This document shows, piece after piece, positions 58,322-64,000 of a DNA stretch of 64,000 bases. The position numbers and the translations under genes were made by a program. Within the stretch, counting starts at the first letter, position 1. Each line of letters starts with the position of its first letter. Origin of the DNA: an uncultured Verrucomicrobiae bacterium (lineage in GTDB: Bacteria > Verrucomicrobiota > Verrucomicrobiia > Chthoniobacterales > UBA10450); the NCBI GenBank assembly GCA_963735805.1, contig CAVTMK010000003.1, positions 96,001-160,000 of the forward strand, written 5' to 3'. The notes under the pieces were generated by a model. It made no database searches and had not been told where the DNA came from. It worked only from the letters and a program-made list of their open reading frames with translations.

Positions 58322-60232
58322 ATGACAAAGAAGAAACGAGAAATACACCACTTGCAACGTCGCTATCCGATTGGCGCTGAACTGATCGAACCTAAGGAAG
58401 CACACTTTCGCATCTGGGCGCCGAAAGTGCAGCGTCTCGATCTCGTTCTGGAAGAGGGCGTGCTAAAAGGCTCAAGACAGTCATTTCATGAGTTGGAAGC
58501 CGAACCGGGCGGATATTTCTCCGGTTCCGCAAATGCTGGCGCCGGCGCCCGCTATTGGTTTCGTGTAAACAACGATTTGTATCCGGACCCGGCATCACGT
58601 TTCCAACCTGATGGGCCACATGGTTCTTCTTGCGTTGTCGATTCCACGCAGTTTCGGTGGACCGATTCGAACTGGCCTGGCGTTACCCTGAAAGGTCAGA
58701 TCATCTATGAAATGCATATCGGCACGTTCGCTAAAGAAGGAACGTGGCTCGCCGCTGCCCAGCAATTGGACGAACTGGCGCGTATCGGAATCACTGTGAT
58801 CGAGATGATGCCTGTCGCCGATTTCCCTGGAAAATTTGGGTGGGGATATGACGGGGTGAACCTCTTCGCACCGACCCATCTGTACGGAGTCCCGGATGAC
58901 TTGCGCAGTTTCATCGATCGTGCGCACTCGTTAGGCATGGGCGTGATTCTTGACGTCGTTTACAATCACTTTGGACCTGACGGAAATTATCTCGGCGTTT
59001 TTTCCGATGATTACCTGGTTCGCGGTAAGGGGCACGAATGGGGCGACATGGTCAATTTTGATGGACCTAATTCAGAGCCAGTTCGTGAGTTTTTCATCAC
59101 TAACGCGCGTTATTGGATCGAGGAATTTCATTTCGATGGTTTTCGCTTCGACGCGTTGCACGCCATCTCCGATCGATCCAGCGAATATATCATTGGCGCA
59201 ATCGGGCGCGCGGCGCGCGAGACTGCCGGCGCACGCTCAATCATTCTGATCGCTGAGAACGATCGGCAGGAAGCCAAAATGGTGCGACCAAGCAGGGAAG
59301 GTGGTGACGATCTGGATGGAATGTGGAACGACGACTTTCATCACAGTACAATCGTTGCGCTGACCGGCCGCAAGGAAGCCTACTTCAGTGATTACCAGGG
59401 AGTCCCGCAGGAGTTTATTTCCGCCGCGAAATACGGCTTCCTTTACCAGGGCCAGGCCCTCTCATGGCGAAAAGCATTGCGTGGATCTTCCACACTCGGC
59501 ATTTCCCCGGAGGCCTTCGTCTGCTTCATCGAGAACCACGATCAAATCGCGAATACGGGGCCGGGCGAGCGGTTGCGTTTTCGTACTTCGCCCGCGCGCT
59601 ATCGAGCAATAACCGCTCTTCTTTTGCTAGGACCATGGACGCCACTGCTGTTTCAGGGAGAGGAATTCGGCGCGTCTGGCCCGTTCATGTTTTTCGCTGA
59701 CATAGGCGACGGTTCTGTGCGTCATGCCATTCGGAAAGGCCGCGCTGAATGGCTGGCACCATTCCTATCGATAAGCGAGGAAGAAGCACTGAAAACCTTG
59801 GCGGCGCCCGACAATCCCCACGTGTTCACCCGCGGCAAGCTTGATTTCTCCGAGCGTGACAAAAATCGCGAGCTTTATGACCTGCATATCGACCTTTTGA
59901 AATTGCGACGGGAAGACTCGCGGTTTCGCGAACAAATTCCCGAGGGAATTGACGGCGCTGTGTTGGGACCCGGGAGTTTCGTCCTTAGATATTTTTCGAA
60001 GCGAGGTGACGACCGCCTGTTGTTAGTCAATTTCGGAGAAGATCAGGTCTTGCGCCCTGCCTCAGAACCTTTGCTAGCCCCGCCATTGGACTGCACATGG
60101 GAACCGCTCTGGACGAGCGAGGCTCCGCGTTACGGTGGGGCCGGCGCGACTGCAACGGTAAGTCAGGAGCAATGGATTCTGCCAGGCGAATTCACAGTGG
60201 TATTGCGACCCACGCGCGAAAGCACAGCATAG
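58322..60232 (+). CDS. treZ: Malto-oligosyltrehalose trehalohydrolase (GH13)
   Basis: FRIWAP, PDPASRFQPDGPHG, YEMHIG, WGYDG, DVVYNH, FRFDA, IAE, WNDDFHH, NHDQ. Start uncertain. Confidence 0.88.
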   Translation: MTKKKREIHHLQRRYPIGAELIEPKEAHFRIWAPKVQRLDLVLEEGVLKGSRQSFHELEAEPGGYFSGSANAGAGARYWFRVNNDLYPDPASRFQPDGPHGSSCVVDSTQFRWTDSNWPGVTLKGQIIYEMHIGTFAKEGTWLAAAQQLDELARIGITVIEMMPVADFPGKFGWGYDGVNLFAPTHLYGVPDDLRSFIDRAHSLGMGVILDVVYNHFGPDGNYLGVFSDDYLVRGKGHEWGDMVNFDGPNSEPVREFFITNARYWIEEFHFDGFRFDALHAISDRSSEYIIGAIGRAARETAGARSIILIAENDRQEAKMVRPSREGGDDLDGMWNDDFHHSTIVALTGRKEAYFSDYQGVPQEFISAAKYGFLYQGQALSWRKALRGSSTLGISPEAFVCFIENHDQIANTGPGERLRFRTSPARYRAITALLLLGPWTPLLFQGEEFGASGPFMFFADIGDGSVRHAIRKGRAEWLAPFLSISEEEALKTLAAPDNPHVFTRGKLDFSERDKNRELYDLHIDLLKLRREDSRFREQIPEGIDGAVLGPGSFVLRYFSKRGDDRLLLVNFGEDQVLRPASEPLLAPPLDCTWEPLWTSEAPRYGGAGATATVSQEQWILPGEFTVVLRPTRESTA

Positions 60233-60297
60233 CTCACGACCGGAGTCTTCGGTCTTTGTTATCGACAAGTCGGCAAAGTTTTTGCGAAGCTTTCCAG

Positions 60298-61566
60298 ATG
60301 AAAATAAGAACGTCTCCACTTGTCGTTACACTCACGCTCGTCTGCACCTGTTTTCTCTCACCTGCGCGAGCTGTCAGTCCGCCGCCAGACGGAGGCTATC
60401 CAGGGGGCAATACGGCAGAGGGCCAACTGGCCCTTGGAGGTCTCACCACTGGCATCTACAATACAGGAGTTGGTATATACTCACTCTTAGGTGTCACCGA
60501 CGGTAAGTTCAACACCGGTGTTGGCGCAGGAACGCTTCTCGCCGACACCGCCGACGAAAATACTGCTGTTGGGGCTGGAGCTCTCTTAAGCAACACTAGT
60601 GGTGGCGGGAATACTGCCAATGGAACGTTCGCGCTCTTCTTCAACAACACCGGCACCCAGAACACGGCGGTCGGTGACAGGGCTCTCTTGAACAACACGG
60701 AAGGCGAAGGAAACGTGGCTGTTGGTTCTCAAGCGCTCTTCCAAAACACTACCGTCGGCTTCAACACAGCTGTTGGTTCTCAAGCGCTTTTTGCTAATGT
60801 TAGCGGACTTGAAAACACGGCGATCGGGTACCAAGCACTTCTCGACAACGCGGGTAACTTCAATGCGGCCGTTGGTGGTGCCGCGCTTCTTAACAACACG
60901 ACAGGCAATGAAAACACGGCATGCGGGAGTGGCGCGCTCACTGGCAGCACTGGCAGCGACAATACCGCCCTGGGGTTTCAAGCGGGCATCTTGGCAACAA
61001 CGGGTGACGGAAACGTCTACATCGGCGCAGGAATGACCGGCGTCGCTGGGGAAAGCGATCACACCTATGTCCGCAACGTTAACACCACCACCGTCAGCGG
61101 CGGCAACGCCGACTTTGTGACCGTAGACTTAACCACAGGCTTGCTCGGTCACCTCAGCTCGTCCCGACGTTACAAAGAAGAGATTAAGCCGATGAACGAA
61201 GCAAGCGAGGCACTTTTTGAACTTAAGCCGGTCACCTTTCGCTACAAGAAGGAGATCGATCAGAGTCAAAGCCGTGACTATGGTCTCATCGCTGAGGAAG
61301 TCGCCAAAGTCGATTCCAACCTCGCCATTCGTGATAGAGATGGGCAAATCGAGAGCGTACGATACAGTGCAATCAATGCCATGTTGCTCAATGAGTTTCT
61401 GAAGGAGCATAAGGCATTTCTCGAGGAGCAGCGCAAGGTTCAAAAACTGGAAGCAGCGCTCGATGCCGTAAATCAGCGCTTGAAAGAACAAGAAGAGAAA
61501 ATTGAAAAAGTCAGCTCCCAGGTCGAGGCGAGCAGACCCGCGCTACAGCTAGTCCAATTGCCGTAA
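60298..61566 (+). CDS. Secreted repeat protein with S74 intramolecular-chaperone (tail-fibre-like) domain and coiled-coil tail
   Basis: Signal peptide, PPPDGGYPG, many ~14-aa NTAxG..AL..N repeats, SSRRYKEEIKP, LKPVTFRY, GLIAEEV, VRY. Confidence 0.85.
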   Translation: MKIRTSPLVVTLTLVCTCFLSPARAVSPPPDGGYPGGNTAEGQLALGGLTTGIYNTGVGIYSLLGVTDGKFNTGVGAGTLLADTADENTAVGAGALLSNTSGGGNTANGTFALFFNNTGTQNTAVGDRALLNNTEGEGNVAVGSQALFQNTTVGFNTAVGSQALFANVSGLENTAIGYQALLDNAGNFNAAVGGAALLNNTTGNENTACGSGALTGSTGSDNTALGFQAGILATTGDGNVYIGAGMTGVAGESDHTYVRNVNTTTVSGGNADFVTVDLTTGLLGHLSSSRRYKEEIKPMNEASEALFELKPVTFRYKKEIDQSQSRDYGLIAEEVAKVDSNLAIRDRDGQIESVRYSAINAMLLNEFLKEHKAFLEEQRKVQKLEAALDAVNQRLKEQEEKIEKVSSQVEASRPALQLVQLP

Positions 61567-61623
61567 CGGTGCGGCATTGTTGCCAGGGCCAGATTTTCAG
61601 GAAGAGCGAACGCTTCCTCGGAA

Positions 61624-63438
61624 TCAGATTTTGCGACCGAATTTCTTCTCCAACTCGACAAGCGAAATCTGGATCATGGTAGGCCGTCCGTGCGGACAGC
61701 AATAAGGCAGATCACAGTCGAGCAAATCGCGAATCAAGTTCTCTATCTCGGGGTAACGCAGCGGATCATTGGCCTTAACTGCGTGCCGACACACTGTTTT
61801 TGCGATCATTTCCTCGCCCAAGCGCATTGGTGACGTGCTGTTGCCGGCGCTCTTCAGGTCGTCAATCACTTTGCGCATGAACTGCGCCGGATCTGAGACG
61901 TTCAAGAAAGAAGGGAGACTATCGATCTTAAACGTGCCTGGCCCGAAGCTTTCAATCCCGATCCCCATTTTTTGCAGAACAGATACATTGCGCTCGATCC
62001 AATCGGCGTCGCGCGGTGGCACATCAAACGTTTGCGGCAGCAAAAGCTTTTGTGTCGGGACTCCCTGCTCTTCCATTCTTCCTCGCAATTCTTCAAAGAG
62101 AATTCGCTCGTGCGCGGCATGCTGGTCAACGAGAACCAGTCCATCAGCGTTTTCCATCAACACATAAAGCTTGCTTAACACACCGATGATTTGAAACTGC
62201 TGCTGGGCAGTATCGCCTTTATCCGCGGTTCGCGATCGCTCTTTATCTGGCTTGATAACTCTGCCAGGGTCAACGATCCCGGCCACAGTCGCGACCCCGG
62301 CCGCAACGGAAGCCAGGTGTGGCAACTCGCGATGGGTCTCCTGTGGAGCTGCTATCTCGGACCGCAACTTAAGGTCGGGGGCCAGTTTTCCTCCAACAGC
62401 TGTGGGCGCAACTTGAGGTGCGTGAAATTTTTCCTGCCAGGCCAACCGACCTCGTTCCAGGGTTTGCTGAATAGAATGAACGATCGCTTCCCTCACTGCG
62501 GTTGGATCGCGAAAACGCACTTCGCGTTTTGCCGGGTGAACATTTACATCAACAGCAGCGGGATCGAGTTCCAGAAAGAGAAACGTAACCGGATACTGCC
62601 CCTTCATTAAAGCCGTATGATAACCCTCTCGGATTGCTGCTGTGAGTAGTCCGCTTTCAATGGCACGGCCGTTTACGAAAACGAGCTGTTGCGCCCTGGT
62701 TTGTCGACTCAGGCCTGCCTGCCCGATAAGCCCGCCTACCTGAATGTTACTCGAAGAAGCCGAGTTTACCTCGACCAGTTTCTCTAAAAGCTCAATACCG
62801 TACAGATCGCGGATTCGATCGCTTAACGTTACAGCAGCCGGTAACTGAAATAACATACGATCGTCTCGCAATAACGAAAAACCAATCGAAGGATGGCTGA
62901 TTCCCTGCAAGTGAATCTGATGTTCGATGTTACGGGTTTCGGTATTCTCGGAGCGAAGAAATTTTCGGCGCGCTGGCAAGTTATAAAAAAGTGAGCGCAC
63001 CTCAATTTGCGTGCCAGGCGGTTCGCCGCCGTCGCGCACGATGTCGATCTTACCGCCGTTGACGACGATCTCGGTTCCTGCAACGGCGCCGGCCTCTCGG
63101 GTGGTTAGGCGAAACCGCGATACACTTGCAATGCTGGGCAACGCTTCCCCACGAAATCCTAGTGTGGTCACAGCTTGCAAATCGGCAGCCGACCGAATCT
63201 TGCTCGTGGCATGTCGCTCCAGCGACAGCAACGCGTCGTCGCGATCCATACCGCAGCCGTCATCGATCACCCGGACCAGCGAAATGCCTCCGCGACGAAT
63301 CACGATCTCGATTTTGCGGGCACCGGCATCGATGCTGTTTTCGACCAATTCCTTTACCACTGACGCCGGGCGCTCTACCACTTCTCCGGCGGCGACCTGG
63401 CTGGCAACGGTCTCTGGCAACAATCGGATCCGGCTCAT
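61624..63438 (-). CDS. mutL: DNA mismatch repair protein MutL
   Basis: AAGEVVERP, KELVENSIDA, GFRGEAL, DVNVHPAK, DQHAAHERILFE, CPHGRP. Confidence 0.97.
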   Translation of the reverse strand: MSRIRLLPETVASQVAAGEVVERPASVVKELVENSIDAGARKIEIVIRRGGISLVRVIDDGCGMDRDDALLSLERHATSKIRSAADLQAVTTLGFRGEALPSIASVSRFRLTTREAGAVAGTEIVVNGGKIDIVRDGGEPPGTQIEVRSLFYNLPARRKFLRSENTETRNIEHQIHLQGISHPSIGFSLLRDDRMLFQLPAAVTLSDRIRDLYGIELLEKLVEVNSASSSNIQVGGLIGQAGLSRQTRAQQLVFVNGRAIESGLLTAAIREGYHTALMKGQYPVTFLFLELDPAAVDVNVHPAKREVRFRDPTAVREAIVHSIQQTLERGRLAWQEKFHAPQVAPTAVGGKLAPDLKLRSEIAAPQETHRELPHLASVAAGVATVAGIVDPGRVIKPDKERSRTADKGDTAQQQFQIIGVLSKLYVLMENADGLVLVDQHAAHERILFEELRGRMEEQGVPTQKLLLPQTFDVPPRDADWIERNVSVLQKMGIGIESFGPGTFKIDSLPSFLNVSDPAQFMRKVIDDLKSAGNSTSPMRLGEEMIAKTVCRHAVKANDPLRYPEIENLIRDLLDCDLPYCCPHGRPTMIQISLVELEKKFGRKI

Positions 63439-63509
63439 TTTCTATCTTGAATTGTAGATTCCAGATCGCCAATTGCGAAGAAAAACGGTGAGCGGCACCG
63501 AACGTTGTT

Positions 63510-63574
63510 GTAGCCGCTTCGCTATATCAAGGAGTTTAGGAATTGAAAAGCGCGGCGGCGCAGCGCACTGCTAC
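63510..63574. repeat. Degenerate REP doublet, family B
   Basis: GTAGCCGCTTCGCTATATCAAGG ... CGCGGCGGCGCAGCGCACTGCTAC. Confidence 0.55.
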
Positions 63575-63644
63575 AACGTCGTTGTGAACAACGGCGTCCG
63601 CCGGTTTTTGACTTGGTTACGCTGCAGCCGTATTTTCGTGCAGA

Positions 63645-63980
63645 ATGATTAATGTCACAGATAACGCTGTTCGACAGCTCCAGAGTCTGCTTCCGGCGCA
63701 AGAAGAAAGTCCGCGAAAAGGTCTCCGGGTGCAGGTTGCCAAAGGCGGTTGTTCTGGCCTGCATTACGAGATGACTCTCGACCAGAAGCAAGATGGCGAT
63801 ACCGTAGTGGAGCGTGACGGCATGCAGTTTTTTATCGACGGCGAAAGCGTTCCGTACCTGCAGGGCGCGACCCTGGATTTTAGCGGCGGTTTGACTGGGA
63901 CAGGTTTTCGGGTCGTTAATCCGAACGCATCGCGCACGTGTGGATGCGGTTCGTCGTTTGAAACGACACAATCAGCTTGA
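63645..63980 (+). CDS. A-type Fe-S cluster carrier (IscA/ErpA/HesB family)
   Basis: GGCSG, NPNASRTCGCGSSF. Confidence 0.93.
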   Translation: MINVTDNAVRQLQSLLPAQEESPRKGLRVQVAKGGCSGLHYEMTLDQKQDGDTVVERDGMQFFIDGESVPYLQGATLDFSGGLTGTGFRVVNPNASRTCGCGSSFETTQSA

Positions 63981-64000
63981 AATTGGGTAATCTTTTCGCG

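Noticed and set aside
60298..61566. Prophage tail region
   Set aside because: The protein has a signal peptide and no other phage genes are nearby.

Overview
This is a bacterial chromosomal window, about 54% GC by eye. Lineage-typical gene families point to a soil Verrucomicrobium (Chthoniobacterales, 'Ca. Udaeobacter'-like); this is inference, based on the PPPDGGYPG...S74 secreted protein, a cyclase stub, small CxxC ORFs and the REP-like repeats. The left half (1-41 kb) is accessory. It holds a SulP transporter, an mhqO/mhqD-like pair, a GIY-YIG nuclease, TMEM175 and a GH15 glucoamylase. It also holds a six-gene caa3 oxidase + Rieske/cytochrome bc operon with three domain fusions, an RND pump, many oxidoreductases, a RAYT transposase within its REPs, and a hopanoid C-3 methylase (HpnR). 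The right half is more housekeeping: thrA, ku, ispH, holB, tmk, treZ, mutL and an IscA-like carrier. The most interesting signals are: (1) a four-helix-bundle (IVS/bAvd-like) gene enclosed by inverted arrays of 7-nt tandem repeats, with solo heptamer arrays elsewhere, which may be an undescribed repeat-bounded cassette; (2) several REP/REPIN families, including a possible in-frame copy in the MutL linker; (3) hpnR in an unexpected lineage; (4) a probable menaquinol bc-caa3 supercomplex; (5) a PHP-GT4 fusion coupled to a deacetylase. Several decayed gene stubs are also present. I found no rRNA, tRNA or CRISPR array. All calls come from reading motifs by eye; no database search was run.
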